A DNA stretch of 64,000 bases, taken from NCBI GenBank assembly GCA_963707635.1, contig OY970173.1, positions 736,001 to 800,000 of the forward strand. Direction: 5' to 3'. Below, in pieces: positions 1 through 12,375 of the stretch. Source of the DNA: Candidatus Latescibacterota bacterium. GTDB taxonomy: Bacteria > Krumholzibacteriota > Krumholzibacteriia > WVZY01 > JAKEHA01. Position numbers and translations under genes: made by a program. Position 1 is the stretch's first letter, and every line of letters begins with the position of its first letter. The notes beneath the pieces are model-generated. The model had not been told where the DNA came from. It saw nothing but the letters and a program-made list of their open reading frames with translations, and ran no database searches.

Positions 1-776
1 ACGTCACCATCGAGTCGCGGCGGATCCCGTTGCTCAATCTCGACGCGCTGGTTCCCGACGCGCCGGGCGGGAAGTCCCACCTGGCGGTGGTGGGCCTGCT
101 GGAAAAGCGCGTCGCGTTCTACGTGCCGGGAGAAGGCGTCTGCAAGGCGGGCGTCATCCTCGGGGACTCGATGCCGACCTGGAAGGGGATTCCGCACGAC
201 GTGGCCCGCGTCGACGGGCGGCGCGTGCCGTTGATGGACGCCGGCGACATCCTGCGAAGCTACTTGTCGATCACCGGAGCGATCAGCCCGGACGCGTCCC
301 CGGACGTCACCGACGACGCCATGGAATCGTACCTGATGACGCCCCCGCCGGACGTGAGCGCCCTGGCCGAATCGAAACCGGCGGACCCGATTCCGTCCGC
401 GCACGACGACGTCGTCGAAGTGCTCGTGATCGAGCAGAGCGAATCGACGCGAACCGCGCTCACGGACATCCTCACGCGCCAGCACGTGCGCGCGTCGTTT
501 GCGGGCGACGTCGAAGAGGCAATCAGCCTGATTGGGACGCGCCATCCGCGCGTGATCATCAGCGAGTTTCGGATTCCGACCATGGCCGCCAAAAAGATCG
601 TCGACCGCCTGCGCGCAGAGGGTCGCGACATTCCCGTGCTGGTGACGACGTCGCAGTCGGGCAAGACCGCCGACCTGCTGGTGGAGAAGCTGGGCGCGTC
701 GGGATACCTGAGCAAGCCGCTCTCGGCGGCGCAGGTCGCGTCGCAGTTGTCGGGCTTCCTGGGCGCCGTGCGCTGA
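1..776 (+). CDS. CheW-like domain plus C-terminal response-regulator receiver protein (5' partial)
   Basis: Frame open from window start; CheW-like segments (RIPLLNLDAL, GRRVPLMDAG); C-terminal REC fold VLVIEQ...VIISEFRIP...GASGYLSKP. Confidence 0.6.
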   Translation, partial: VTIESRRIPLLNLDALVPDAPGGKSHLAVVGLLEKRVAFYVPGEGVCKAGVILGDSMPTWKGIPHDVARVDGRRVPLMDAGDILRSYLSITGAISPDASPDVTDDAMESYLMTPPPDVSALAESKPADPIPSAHDDVVEVLVIEQSESTRTALTDILTRQHVRASFAGDVEEAISLIGTRHPRVIISEFRIPTMAAKKIVDRLRAEGRDIPVLVTTSQSGKTADLLVEKLGASGYLSKPLSAAQVASQLSGFLGAVR

Positions 777-982
777 CATCGCGTCGCGTCGCGCGTCGCC
801 CTGCGGTTGCGTTTGACGGCTGGCCACGGTGCAAACTGCCCGCACGGCCGCCGAAAATGACGCGCAGGAATCGTCTAACCCGTTGAAAATAGACGGGGAT
901 GTGTTTGGTACGCTTCGTGCTCTATTAGCCCGGCCCGGGGTGGGAACGCAGGCAGCACTGTCAACGAGAAGGATGGCGCAAG

Positions 983-1207
983 ATGAGCAAATGGAGAGAC
1001 ACCGACTACTCGAGCATCGTGATCGGTGGCGCCGAAGACCAGGACGTCGTGATGACATCGGTCGAGGCCGCCGAGTATCTGAAGATGCACGTAAAGACGG
1101 TTTGCCGACTCGCCAAGGAACGGAAGATTCCGGCGAAGAAGGTCGGTAGCGAGTGGAGGTTCCTGAAGAGCGTCCTCGACAAGTGGTTGGCACAAGAGGT
1201 CGTCTAA
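983..1207 (+). CDS. Small helix-turn-helix DNA-binding protein (HTH_17/excisionase-like)
   Basis: MTSVEAAEYLKMHVKTVCRLAKERKIPAKKVGSEWRF is the typical HTH_17 pattern. Confidence 0.85.
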   Translation: MSKWRDTDYSSIVIGGAEDQDVVMTSVEAAEYLKMHVKTVCRLAKERKIPAKKVGSEWRFLKSVLDKWLAQEVV

Positions 1208-1273
1208 CGACCACATCGTTCGTCTTCGACGTCAGGTGTGACGTGCTGCTTGCGATGTGTGCCGGGAGTCCTC

Positions 1274-3019
1274 ATGCCGCCGAAAACCACGATCGAGAAA
1301 CTATCGTCGCCCTCCCCGGACGTCACAGTATTCAAGATCACGGGGACTCTTGGCTTCCACGAGAAAACCGTTCTCGAAAGAATCTTCAACGAGTGTAACC
1401 GACGCGGGATGTCCCGCGTTCTATTCGAGGTCTCCGAGCTCGAATCGCTCGGGGGCGGTTGCGCGCGTATCCTTCGCGAAGAAGCGGCTCGCGGTCGCGT
1501 CGCGATCGGGCTGGTGGGCGCCAGCCGCACCGTACTCAAGTTTCTCAAGAACGAAGACGCGCCGCGCATCGTGGTGGTGGACACGATGGAGGACGCCATC
1601 CCCGCCGTTCTCGCCAAGATGCTCGCGTCGGCACCGGCCGGGGATCACCCGGTGGACACCGACGACTCGCTGCTGAGCACCGAATCCCTCAACGAGATCC
1701 TCGAACTCGGCGACGGACCGGCCGACCAGGAAGACGAGGACGCAACGGACGAAGAGGAAGCGGACGAGGCGGGCCGCCGGGACCGGCGCGCGCCGGCGGC
1801 ACCCCCGCGGCCGGCGGCGCCCTCGTATCGGACGGAGCGCGCCGCTCCGTCGAAGCCCGCGACGGCGTCGAAGGCGCCCGAGCGCGAACCGACTGCGACA
1901 CCCGCGCCCGACTCGAAGCTCCTCCAGAAGCGGATCGTCCAGTACAACACGCTCTTTTCGATCAACTCCGACTTCTACCGGTTTCACGACCGCAAGAGTC
2001 TGCTCGACGCGTTTCTGTTGACGACCATCGCCCAGGTCGGCGTGGAAAGCGCGGTGTTTCTGGAACACACCAAGGGCTATTTCGTGCCGGTGGCGATGAA
2101 GGGCATCGAGCCGGGGGAGTTGCGCGGCTTCGCGCTCTCCAACGAACAGCTGTGCCTCTCCAAGTGGGACACGGGCTTGGACGTGCTGGGAGTCGAGAAG
2201 TCCCCCTTCGGCGACGACGTCAAGGCGCCGCTGCTGGCGCTGGGGTGCACCTACGTCGCCCGTTTCATCGTCCACGGCGAGGTGCGCGGCGTGATTCTGC
2301 TGGGGCGTCCGATCAAACACGACCTCGACGCCAATACCACCGAGTTTCTCAAGATCCTGATCAACCAGGCCGCGATCGCCTACGAGAGCATGGCTCGCTT
2401 CGAGGAGGAGGACGAGCGAACGCTGGGATTGGTGCAGACGCTGATCTCGCTCATCGAGGAGAACACGCTGGCGCGGGGCAACACGAACCTCATCACCAAC
2501 TACGTGTTCGCCGTCGCGCAGCGCATGCACTACCCGGCGGAGCACGTGCGCGACCTCTTGTACGGGACGGTGCTGCGGGACATCGGCATGATCAAGGTGA
2601 GCGACCTCATCGTCCGCAGCCCGCGCGAACTCATGCCGGAAGAATGGGAAATCATCAAGCGCCACCCGAGCGACGGCGCCAAGATGCTTCGCGACATGAA
2701 ATTCTCCGACCACGCCGTGAGCATCGTGCTCCACCACCACGAGCGGTTCAACGGCGAGGGCTATCCGAACGGCACCCAGGGCCAGGAGCTACCGCTGGGG
2801 GCGCGCATCGTGTCGGTGGTCGAAAGCTACGCCGCGATGCTGCAGGAGCGCCCCACGCGGCCCGCGCTGACGCGCGAGGAAGCGGTCAATACGCTGAAAG
2901 AGAACTGGGGAATGCGCTACGACCCCGACGTCATCGGGTGTTTCGTGGAAGTGATCGAAGACGAGATCCGCTCGGGCGGTGCAATCAACGACAAGCGGTT
3001 TGCGCTCTTCAGCATGTAG
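1274..3019 (+). CDS. STAS + GAF + HD-GYP-like signalling protein (HD motif reads RD)
   Basis: N-terminal STAS-like region, acidic/Pro linker, GAF-like region, LRDIG...HHHERFNGEGYP; start taken at ATG 1274 after GGGAG. Confidence 0.8.
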   Translation: MPPKTTIEKLSSPSPDVTVFKITGTLGFHEKTVLERIFNECNRRGMSRVLFEVSELESLGGGCARILREEAARGRVAIGLVGASRTVLKFLKNEDAPRIVVVDTMEDAIPAVLAKMLASAPAGDHPVDTDDSLLSTESLNEILELGDGPADQEDEDATDEEEADEAGRRDRRAPAAPPRPAAPSYRTERAAPSKPATASKAPEREPTATPAPDSKLLQKRIVQYNTLFSINSDFYRFHDRKSLLDAFLLTTIAQVGVESAVFLEHTKGYFVPVAMKGIEPGELRGFALSNEQLCLSKWDTGLDVLGVEKSPFGDDVKAPLLALGCTYVARFIVHGEVRGVILLGRPIKHDLDANTTEFLKILINQAAIAYESMARFEEEDERTLGLVQTLISLIEENTLARGNTNLITNYVFAVAQRMHYPAEHVRDLLYGTVLRDIGMIKVSDLIVRSPRELMPEEWEIIKRHPSDGAKMLRDMKFSDHAVSIVLHHHERFNGEGYPNGTQGQELPLGARIVSVVESYAAMLQERPTRPALTREEAVNTLKENWGMRYDPDVIGCFVEVIEDEIRSGGAINDKRFALFSM

Positions 3020-3037
3020 CACCACCCGGGGAGAAGC

Positions 3038-4612
3038 ATGAGCGCCGACATTCTGCTGGTAGACGACGATCCCAAGGTCCTCGAGATCGTCGGGGTCTCG
3101 CTGGGCCGGCGCGGGTTCACGGTGCGCACGGCGTCCAACGGCGACGAGGCGCTCGCGCGCGTGTCGAGCGAGGCGCCCGCGCTCGTCATCCTCGACCTGG
3201 GCCTGCCCGACATGACCGGCATCGAGGTCCTCTCCCGCCTCCGCGGCGAAGACGGCCCCGTCGTGCCGGTTCTGTTCCTCTCCGCCGAATCCGACATCGA
3301 GGCTCGCGTGAAGGCCCTCGACCAGGGCGCGGACGACTTTCTGGTCAAGCCGGTTTCGCTGCGCGAACTCCACGCCAAGGTCGACGGGGCGCTCCGGCGC
3401 GCGTCGCGCGTGCGCGCGCACGGCAAGCACGCCGCCGCGCTGAAAGCGGAGCTCGAGCGCGGGCGCGAGCTAGCCGCCCGCTCGACCCGCGAGTTCAAAC
3501 GCCACCTGCTGTCGATGCGCACGTTATTGACGGTGTCGCACGACCTCAACCGTTCGCTCCAGTCCGAGGACCTGGTCAAGGTGGCCTCGCTGACGCTGGT
3601 CGGCGAGTTGCGCGTTTCCAGCATGGCCGTGTTCGGGGTCGAGCGCGAGAACGCGGTCCGATTCGACCTCCTCGGCGTGCGCGGGTTCTCTCCGGAACGG
3701 TTCGAAGGCCTCGTGATCGACCGCGCGTCCCCGCTGGCGTCCATGTTCGGCGAAGAGGGCCGGCCGCAGAAGATCGCCCGCAACCAGGACCAGAACTGGT
3801 CGCGCAGCCTGCCGGACCTTCGCCTGGCCGTGTTCGAGTACGCGGTGCCGATCGCGGTCAAAAACGAGCTGAAGGGGATCATCTTCACCGGACCCAAGCT
3901 CTCGGGGGAGGACTACAGCGAGTACGACCTCGACATCATGACCTTCATCGCCAACTCGGTCGGCATCGGCATGGAGAACTCGCGCCTGCTTTCCCAGCTC
4001 AAACTCACCTATCTGCAGACGCTGCGTTCGCTGATTTCGATCGTCGAGGCCAAGGACCCCTACACCAAGGGGCACACCGAGCGGGTGGCGTCGTACGCCA
4101 TGGCGCTGGCGAACCGTCTCGACATGCCTGAGGAGGATCTGCGCCGCATCATGTTCGCCGCGCTGCTCCACGACATCGGCAAGATGGGCGTGCTGGACGC
4201 GATCATCAACAAGCCGGGGCCGCTCAGCGAGGACGAATGGGAGCTCATGCGCGCGCACCCCGTGGTCGGGGCGGCCATCGTCGAGAAGATGGAGTTCCTG
4301 AAAGGGACGGTCGAAATCGTGCGTCACCACCACGAAAGCTGGAACGGCCGCGGGTATCCCGACGGGCTCGAAGGCGAGGACATTCCGTTCGGCGCGCGCA
4401 TCGTCACCGTCGCCGACAGTTTCGACGCCATGACGACCGATCGCCCGTACCGTAAGGCGTTGTCGATCGACGAAGCCGTCCGGCGGCTCGAGGAGGGCGC
4501 CGGCGTGCAGTTCGACGCTAGGCTCGTCAAGGTCTTCGTCGCCTACGTGCGGGAAAAAGGCAAGGACCTCGCGATTCCTCTCTCGCTCACCAACGGGCGC
4601 GTGCGCGTGTAA
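3038..4612 (+). CDS. Response regulator with GAF and HD-GYP phosphodiesterase domain
   Basis: ILLVDDD...LDLGLPD...FLVKP receiver; LLHDIGK and HHHESWNGRGYP motifs. Confidence 0.92.
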   Translation: MSADILLVDDDPKVLEIVGVSLGRRGFTVRTASNGDEALARVSSEAPALVILDLGLPDMTGIEVLSRLRGEDGPVVPVLFLSAESDIEARVKALDQGADDFLVKPVSLRELHAKVDGALRRASRVRAHGKHAAALKAELERGRELAARSTREFKRHLLSMRTLLTVSHDLNRSLQSEDLVKVASLTLVGELRVSSMAVFGVERENAVRFDLLGVRGFSPERFEGLVIDRASPLASMFGEEGRPQKIARNQDQNWSRSLPDLRLAVFEYAVPIAVKNELKGIIFTGPKLSGEDYSEYDLDIMTFIANSVGIGMENSRLLSQLKLTYLQTLRSLISIVEAKDPYTKGHTERVASYAMALANRLDMPEEDLRRIMFAALLHDIGKMGVLDAIINKPGPLSEDEWELMRAHPVVGAAIVEKMEFLKGTVEIVRHHHESWNGRGYPDGLEGEDIPFGARIVTVADSFDAMTTDRPYRKALSIDEAVRRLEEGAGVQFDARLVKVFVAYVREKGKDLAIPLSLTNGRVRV

Positions 4613-4988
4613 ACGCGGTGACTCGCGCGCGCAGCGAGCGCCGAACCGCTCGACTACGTGCGACCACGTCACTTACGCTCCACGGAACGCTCCCTCGGAT
4701 CCGCTCTCCCTGACAACCCGCGCAACATCGTGCCGAAGCGATTCCCTCCGCGTCGACCCATTGATCGTCCGCGTCCAATCCCGCCATCTGCAAGCACGAC
4801 AATGGTTCGCCGCCGATCGACCGCGCGTGGTGGTCCAGTCGCGGCGGGTTGGCACCGGCCTTGCCTAGGGGAACGTTGACTCGCGGTGGGCCGGGGCACA
4901 CGATGCGCGGCGACGGGCGGCGGTTGTGGTGGTGCGGGGGAAGACGTCGCCGGCGCGAACTCGTTCCGAAATCACTGCGTGACAGAAT

Positions 4989-5197
4989 AGAAGAGGGAGC
5001 AGGGACGGGGGTGGAAGGGAGGAGCCGCCTTCGGACCGCGGGTGCGATCGACGAAAGCGCCGGAGCCGGGTGGAAATTCCCGCTTCGAGCGTGCGCAGTC
5101 AGCCGGTCGAGGTGGGTGTGCTCGCTGAATCCCAACTCGCAGGCTGCCACCCGGATGAGGGCGCGGCCGTCGATCGTGGTCCGCTGCTCCCTCTTCT
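4989..5197. ncRNA. Candidate structured RNA: long multi-bulged hairpin
   Basis: Nested inverted repeats 4989-5002/5184-5197 (14 bp perfect), 5033-37/5178-82, 5045-53/5168-76, 5057-61/5160-64, 5066-73/5147-54 in an ~800-bp intergenic gap; family not recognised. Confidence 0.4.
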
Positions 5198-5406
5198 TTC
5201 TCTTTCTCCCCGCGCCCGCCCCTGGCACTCGATCCAGCTTGTCGCCGTCCGGCAACCTTCCTTATATTCGAACATCTTCGCGCCGGCGCGAAACGCGCAA
5301 GCGGGTGGCGCCGATACGGGGCCCCCGCGGCGGATGCCGCGGGGTGGATCGGCGACAGGACCCGCGTCGCCGCTACGAGAACGATTCGAACCATCGCGAG
5401 GACATC

Positions 5407-8058
5407 ATGACAACGCAACGCACACAAGACGCGGGCGCGGTGAGAAAGAAACTCCCCAACGGACTGACCGTCATCCTCAAGGAGGACCACTCGTCTCCGA
5501 TCGTGGCCGTCAACGTCTGGTTCGGTGTGGGGTCGGTCCACGAGACCGAGGCAATGAACGGGCTCGCGCATTTCCAGGAGCACATGGTGTTCAAGGGAAC
5601 GCGGAAGTACGGAGTCGGCGATATCGCGCGCATCGTCAAGTCGGCCGGCGGGAATCTGAACGCCGGCACCAGCTATTCCTACACCATGTACTACGTCGTG
5701 CTCCCGTCGCGCTCGTTCGCGACTGCGCTGGAAGTGCAGGCGGACGCGATGATGAATTCCACCTTCGACCCCGACGAATTCAAGAAGGAACGCCTGGTCG
5801 TGATCGACGAGGCGCGCATGTACGACGATCGCCCGGAGTCGTTCACGTTCTACCGCACGATGGAGCTGGGGTTCGAGAAGCACACGTACCGTCGCCCGAT
5901 CGCGGGCTACCAGCACATCGTCGAGAAGATCACGCGCGACCAGCTGGTGGAGTTCTATCGCAACTACTATCGCCCCTCGAACGCGGTGCTGGTGGTGGTG
6001 GGGGACGTGGAACCCGACGACGCGATGGCGCGGATCGAATCCGTGTACGGCGGGTGGCCGAACGCCCGCGTGGTGGTCAGCGAGCCCCCGGCCGAGCCGG
6101 CGCAGCAGGCGCTGCGGCTCAAGGCGTTCGAGGGCACGACGGACCACGCCTATCTGGGCGCCGGCTTCCACGTCCCGAGCGTCCTCGACGAAGACTACCC
6201 GGCGCTCCAGATGCTCGCGGAGCTGCTCAGCGCCGGGAAGAGTTCGCGTCTCTACCGGCACGTGCGCGAAGACAAGCGCCTGGTCACCTCCGTCGGCGCC
6301 GAGCTCCTGGCCGAGAAATGGCCCGGGTTCTTTCTGGTGGCGGCGTCGATGCCCCCGTCGAAGTGGGAAGACGCCTGCCAGGCGATTTTCCACGAGGTCG
6401 AACGTTTCAAGCACGAGCGCGTGGCGGACGACGAGCTGGAGAAGGCGCGGCGGCAGGTGGAACGCTCGATGTACCTCGAGCTCGAAACCATGGAGGGGCA
6501 GGCCTCGAACCTCGGCTACTACGAGTTGCTCGGCGACTACCGGCTGGCCGACCGGCACCGCGAGGCAGTCAAGCGCGTCGTCGCGGATCGGGTCGCGGAG
6601 GTCGCGCGGCGCTACTTCCACCCCGACAATCTTTCGCTGGTTGGCTACCTCCCGAAGGCGAACGGGCACGGCGCGCTGGATGAAGCCCGGGTCCGTCAGA
6701 CGGTCGCCTCGACTTTGAGCGCGGACGGCGCCGTCCACGACGTGGCGGGCGCGTCGAAGACCGCTTCGCACGCACCTGTCTCCGAGGCGCGCCGCGCACC
6801 CCGGACGAGCGCCGATGCGTCCGACGATCGCGTCAGCCGCTTTCGTCTGGACAATGGCGTGCGCGTGCTGCTGAAACCGCGTCCCGACGTGCCGCTGGTA
6901 TCCGTGCTCGCGGTATTTCCCGGCGGAGGCCGATTCGAGCCCGCCGGGAAATCGGGGCTCGCGATGCTGACCCACCGTTCCCTCACCAAGGGAAGCGCGC
7001 GATTCGGCGCCGAAGAAATCGCGACGCGCATCGAGGGACTCGGCGGGGGCCTCGAGAGCTTCTCGTCGTTCGATACCGGCCGCGTCTCCATGGGCGTGCT
7101 GTCCGAGCACGCGGAAGAGGCGGCGGAAATCTTCCGCGACGTGCTGCGCGCGCCGACGTTCGACGGGGCGCGCGTCGAACAGGAAAAGGCGCGTCTCATC
7201 GAAGAGCTGGCGCGGCGTCACGACAACCCGATCCAGTTCGCGCTGGACCACCTGTTCCGCTCGGTCTTCGGCGACCACCCGTACGCGTACCCGTTCCTCG
7301 GGGATGCCAGGGAGGTCGCCGGGCTCTTCGACCGCGATTGCCGGGAGTGGTTCACGAGCCTGCTCGCGCCCGATGCGCTGGTGCTGTCGATCGTGGGAGA
7401 CATGGGCATGGATCGCGCGCGCGCGCTGGCCGGGCGCGTGCTGGGCGACCTGGGCCCCGGCCGCCAGCCGGCGCCGAGGCCGGATCCGCCGGCTGTGCCC
7501 GTGCGCCCAGGCGAACAGGTGCTGCGCCGGGCGGGTATCAAGCAGGCGGTGACGTTCGTCGGCTTCACCGCACCGCGCCTGATGTCGGACGAAGCGAAGG
7601 CGCTGGAGGTCTTGAACGGAGTGCTCACGGGGCTGGGTGGCCGTCTCTTCGTCGAGTTGCGCGACAAGCGCTCGCTGGGTTACATGACGGGCTCCGCGTT
7701 CAACCCGTTTTTCCAGGGCGGGATTTTCTTCGGCTACGCGAACCCGACCGCCGACGGCGTCGAGGAAGCGGTCCGCGTCATCCTGCACGAGCTGGAGCGG
7801 GTGACGAAGGAGTCGGTGGGCGCCGAAGAGCTCTCGCGCGCGAAGGAATGGATTGCCGGCTCGCACGTGATGGAACTGCAGCGCAACGCCGCCCAGGCGG
7901 CGGAGTACGGGGCGTTCGAGGCGCTCGGCTTCGGCTTCGAAACCGTCGAGCGGATCCCGGAATGGATCCGCTCGGTCACCAGCGAGGACGTGATGGCGGT
8001 GGCACGGCGGGTCTTCGTCCCGGCCAACGCGGTAATCGTGCGGATGCTGCCGGAGTAA
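5407..8058 (+). CDS. M16 family (pitrilysin-like) zinc metallopeptidase, two-module fusion
   Basis: KLPNGLTVIL...GLAHFQEHMVFKGT (inverted HxxEH); second module RLDNGVRVLL; ATG 5407 after GAGGAC. Confidence 0.92.
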   Translation: MTTQRTQDAGAVRKKLPNGLTVILKEDHSSPIVAVNVWFGVGSVHETEAMNGLAHFQEHMVFKGTRKYGVGDIARIVKSAGGNLNAGTSYSYTMYYVVLPSRSFATALEVQADAMMNSTFDPDEFKKERLVVIDEARMYDDRPESFTFYRTMELGFEKHTYRRPIAGYQHIVEKITRDQLVEFYRNYYRPSNAVLVVVGDVEPDDAMARIESVYGGWPNARVVVSEPPAEPAQQALRLKAFEGTTDHAYLGAGFHVPSVLDEDYPALQMLAELLSAGKSSRLYRHVREDKRLVTSVGAELLAEKWPGFFLVAASMPPSKWEDACQAIFHEVERFKHERVADDELEKARRQVERSMYLELETMEGQASNLGYYELLGDYRLADRHREAVKRVVADRVAEVARRYFHPDNLSLVGYLPKANGHGALDEARVRQTVASTLSADGAVHDVAGASKTASHAPVSEARRAPRTSADASDDRVSRFRLDNGVRVLLKPRPDVPLVSVLAVFPGGGRFEPAGKSGLAMLTHRSLTKGSARFGAEEIATRIEGLGGGLESFSSFDTGRVSMGVLSEHAEEAAEIFRDVLRAPTFDGARVEQEKARLIEELARRHDNPIQFALDHLFRSVFGDHPYAYPFLGDAREVAGLFDRDCREWFTSLLAPDALVLSIVGDMGMDRARALAGRVLGDLGPGRQPAPRPDPPAVPVRPGEQVLRRAGIKQAVTFVGFTAPRLMSDEAKALEVLNGVLTGLGGRLFVELRDKRSLGYMTGSAFNPFFQGGIFFGYANPTADGVEEAVRVILHELERVTKESVGAEELSRAKEWIAGSHVMELQRNAAQAAEYGAFEALGFGFETVERIPEWIRSVTSEDVMAVARRVFVPANAVIVRMLPE

Positions 8059-8079
8059 TGAGCGCTGGCGCGTGCGGTG

Positions 8080-8874
8080 CTACAGGTGGGGATGGGGGGC
8101 AGTCTGCCAGCGCTCGTCGCGCATGATGCCGAAGCTCCGCAGCAGTTCGGCGCGCAACGTGGTGAGATCGACCTTGCGGTAGAGTTTCCCTCCGTCGGCG
8201 TACGCGATGGCTCCGGTCTCCTCCGAGACGACGATCACCAGCGCGTCGGTCTCCTCAGAAAGCCCGAGCGCGGCCCGGTGGCGGGTGCCCAGCGCTCCCG
8301 CGAGGCGCTCGTCCTGCGACAGGGGCAGGATGCAGCCGGCCGCGGTCACGCGGTCGTTCTGGATGATCACGGCGCCGTCGTGCAGCGGCCCCGGCGGCGT
8401 GAAGATGGTGCCGATGAGCTCGGTCGTCACGCGCGCGTCGACCGGGGTCCCGGTCTCTGCGTAGTTCTTCAGCCCCATGTCTTTCTCGAGCACGATCAGC
8501 GCCCCCGTCCGTTTCTCCGACAGGTCCTGCACACTCTTCACGATCTCGGGGATCACGCCGCTCTCGCGCACGTGCACGAAGCGCGACACCATCCGGTTCT
8601 GCCCGAGCAGCGCGAGCGCGCGCCGCAGCTCGGGCTGGAAGATGATGACGAACGCGATCACCCACACCGTGCGCAGGCTCGAAATCAGCCAGTTCACCGC
8701 GATCAGATTGAGCCACTGCGCCACGACCGAGAGGATGAAGAGCGCAATGAGTCCGAAGAACATGTGCACGGCGCGCGTGCCCCGCATCAGGGAAAACAGG
8801 CGGTAGAGCAACAGCGACACGATCAGCACGTCGACGGCGTCGACCACGAGCTCCATGGGAACGGGGGGCATCAT
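8080..8874 (-). CDS. cdaA: Diadenylate cyclase CdaA/DacA
   Basis: Three N-terminal TM helices, IFQPELRRAL, LHDGA and GTRHRAA motifs; follows folP. Confidence 0.93.
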   Translation of the reverse strand: MMPPVPMELVVDAVDVLIVSLLLYRLFSLMRGTRAVHMFFGLIALFILSVVAQWLNLIAVNWLISSLRTVWVIAFVIIFQPELRRALALLGQNRMVSRFVHVRESGVIPEIVKSVQDLSEKRTGALIVLEKDMGLKNYAETGTPVDARVTTELIGTIFTPPGPLHDGAVIIQNDRVTAAGCILPLSQDERLAGALGTRHRAALGLSEETDALVIVVSEETGAIAYADGGKLYRKVDLTTLRAELLRSFGIMRDERWQTAPHPHL

Positions 8875-9734
8875 CGGGCTCCGGGGGGTTGTGCTTCCGG
8901 GTGCTCCACCGCGTCGAGCACGCGGAAGAGGTCGACGGTTTCGCGTACGTCGTGGACGCGCACGAGGCGAACGCCATGCGCGCGGCAGTGGGCGGCGACG
9001 GCCAGGCTGCCCGCGAGGCGCGCGCCCGTCGGGGCACCGCGGAGCAGCGTGCCGATGAACGACTTGCGCGACGCGCCCACCAGCACGGGATATCCCAGCG
9101 CCACCAGGTCGTCAATGCCTTTCAGGATCTCCAGATTATCCTGTACGCGCTTGCCGAAGCCGATCCCGGGATCGAGCACGATGCGTTCGCGGGCGATCCC
9201 CGCGGTCTCGAGCGCGGCGGCGCGCAGGGCCAGGAACGCCGCGACTTCGCCCGCGGCGTCGTCGTAGGCCGGCTCGACCTGCATCGTCTTCGGCTCCCCG
9301 AGCATGTGCATGAGGATCACGGGGACGTCGGCGTGGGCGCGCAGGACGTCGGCCATCGCGCCGGCCTGCGCGGCGGTGATGTCGTTTACGATCGTGCAGC
9401 CCGCCGCGAGCGCCGCCTCGGCCACCTCCGGCTTGCGGGTGTCGATCGCGAGCGGCACCGATGGGCGCGGCCGCGACAGCGCCTCGATCACCGGCAGCAC
9501 GCGGTCCATTTCCTCGCGGGCGGACACCGCGTCCGCGCCGGGCCGGGTGGACTCGCCGCCGATGTCGATCATGTCCGCCCCCTCGGCCACCATCCGCAGC
9601 GCGTGTTCCACCGCCGCCTCGCGGCGCACGAACTTCCCGCCGTCGGAGAAGGAATCCGGCGTCACGTTGAGCACACCCATGACCAGCGGAGAACGGCGAA
9701 AAAGAATGGTGCGATCGCCGCAGCGGAGAAACAT
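8871..9734 (-). CDS. folP: Dihydropteroate synthase
   Basis: MGVLNVTPDSFSDGG, IDIGGESTRPG, DPGIGFGK, GASRKSF, VRVHDV. Confidence 0.96.
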   Translation of the reverse strand: MFLRCGDRTILFRRSPLVMGVLNVTPDSFSDGGKFVRREAAVEHALRMVAEGADMIDIGGESTRPGADAVSAREEMDRVLPVIEALSRPRPSVPLAIDTRKPEVAEAALAAGCTIVNDITAAQAGAMADVLRAHADVPVILMHMLGEPKTMQVEPAYDDAAGEVAAFLALRAAALETAGIARERIVLDPGIGFGKRVQDNLEILKGIDDLVALGYPVLVGASRKSFIGTLLRGAPTGARLAGSLAVAAHCRAHGVRLVRVHDVRETVDLFRVLDAVEHPEAQPPGAR

Positions 9735-9747
9735 GCGCGGGGTCGAG

Positions 9748-11805
<2,058 letters not shown>

Positions 11806-11826
11806 AACGGGTTATCTCAATACCAC

Positions 11827-12375
11827 CTAGCGGGCCGACTCCGGGTCGAGCGCTGCCACGAACGGAAGATGGCGAAAATTTTCGCGGTAGTCCAGACCAT
11901 AGCCCACCACGTACTCGTCGGGGATATCGTAACCGAGGTAGCGGATGGGGATCCCGGCCTGGTTGGGCACGCGTTTGCGCAGAAGGGCGCAGATCTCGAG
12001 GCTCCCGGGATTCCGTAACCTCAACATGTCCACAATATAAGCCAGAGTCGTGCCAGTGTCTATGACATCCTCGACAAGCAGGACGTCCCGTCCGACCAGG
12101 TCGATCTCGAGGTCCCCGACGATCCGGACGACCCCGCTGGTGCGGATCGCGCCGTCGTACGACGACACCCGGAGAAACTCGATGTGGTGCGGGATCGTGA
12201 TCTGGCGGATCAGGTCCGCCAGGAACACCACGCCCCCTTTCAAGAGACTGATGAGCACGGGGTGCCGCCCCGCGTAGTCATTCGTAATCTCGCGGCCCAG
12301 GCGCGCCACGATGGCGGCGATATCGGGTGCCGAGAGGAGGACGCGGCCCGGGACGGGATGATCGGGGTGGGTCAT
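11827..12375 (-). CDS. hpt: Hypoxanthine phosphoribosyltransferase
   Basis: VLLVEDVIDTGTTL PRPP motif, VVGYGLDY; tilS-hpt-ftsH synteny. Confidence 0.95.
   Translation of the reverse strand: MTHPDHPVPGRVLLSAPDIAAIVARLGREITNDYAGRHPVLISLLKGGVVFLADLIRQITIPHHIEFLRVSSYDGAIRTSGVVRIVGDLEIDLVGRDVLLVEDVIDTGTTLAYIVDMLRLRNPGSLEICALLRKRVPNQAGIPIRYLGYDIPDEYVVGYGLDYRENFRHLPFVAALDPESAR

Noticed and set aside
983..1207. HTH_17 gene as the excisionase for the comM array
   Set aside because: It is 36 kb away, embedded in a signalling cluster, with no integrase or att site nearby.
4849..5406. N-terminal extension of the M16 peptidase
   Set aside because: Homology and RBS begin at 5407; the extension is low-complexity and overlaps the hairpin.
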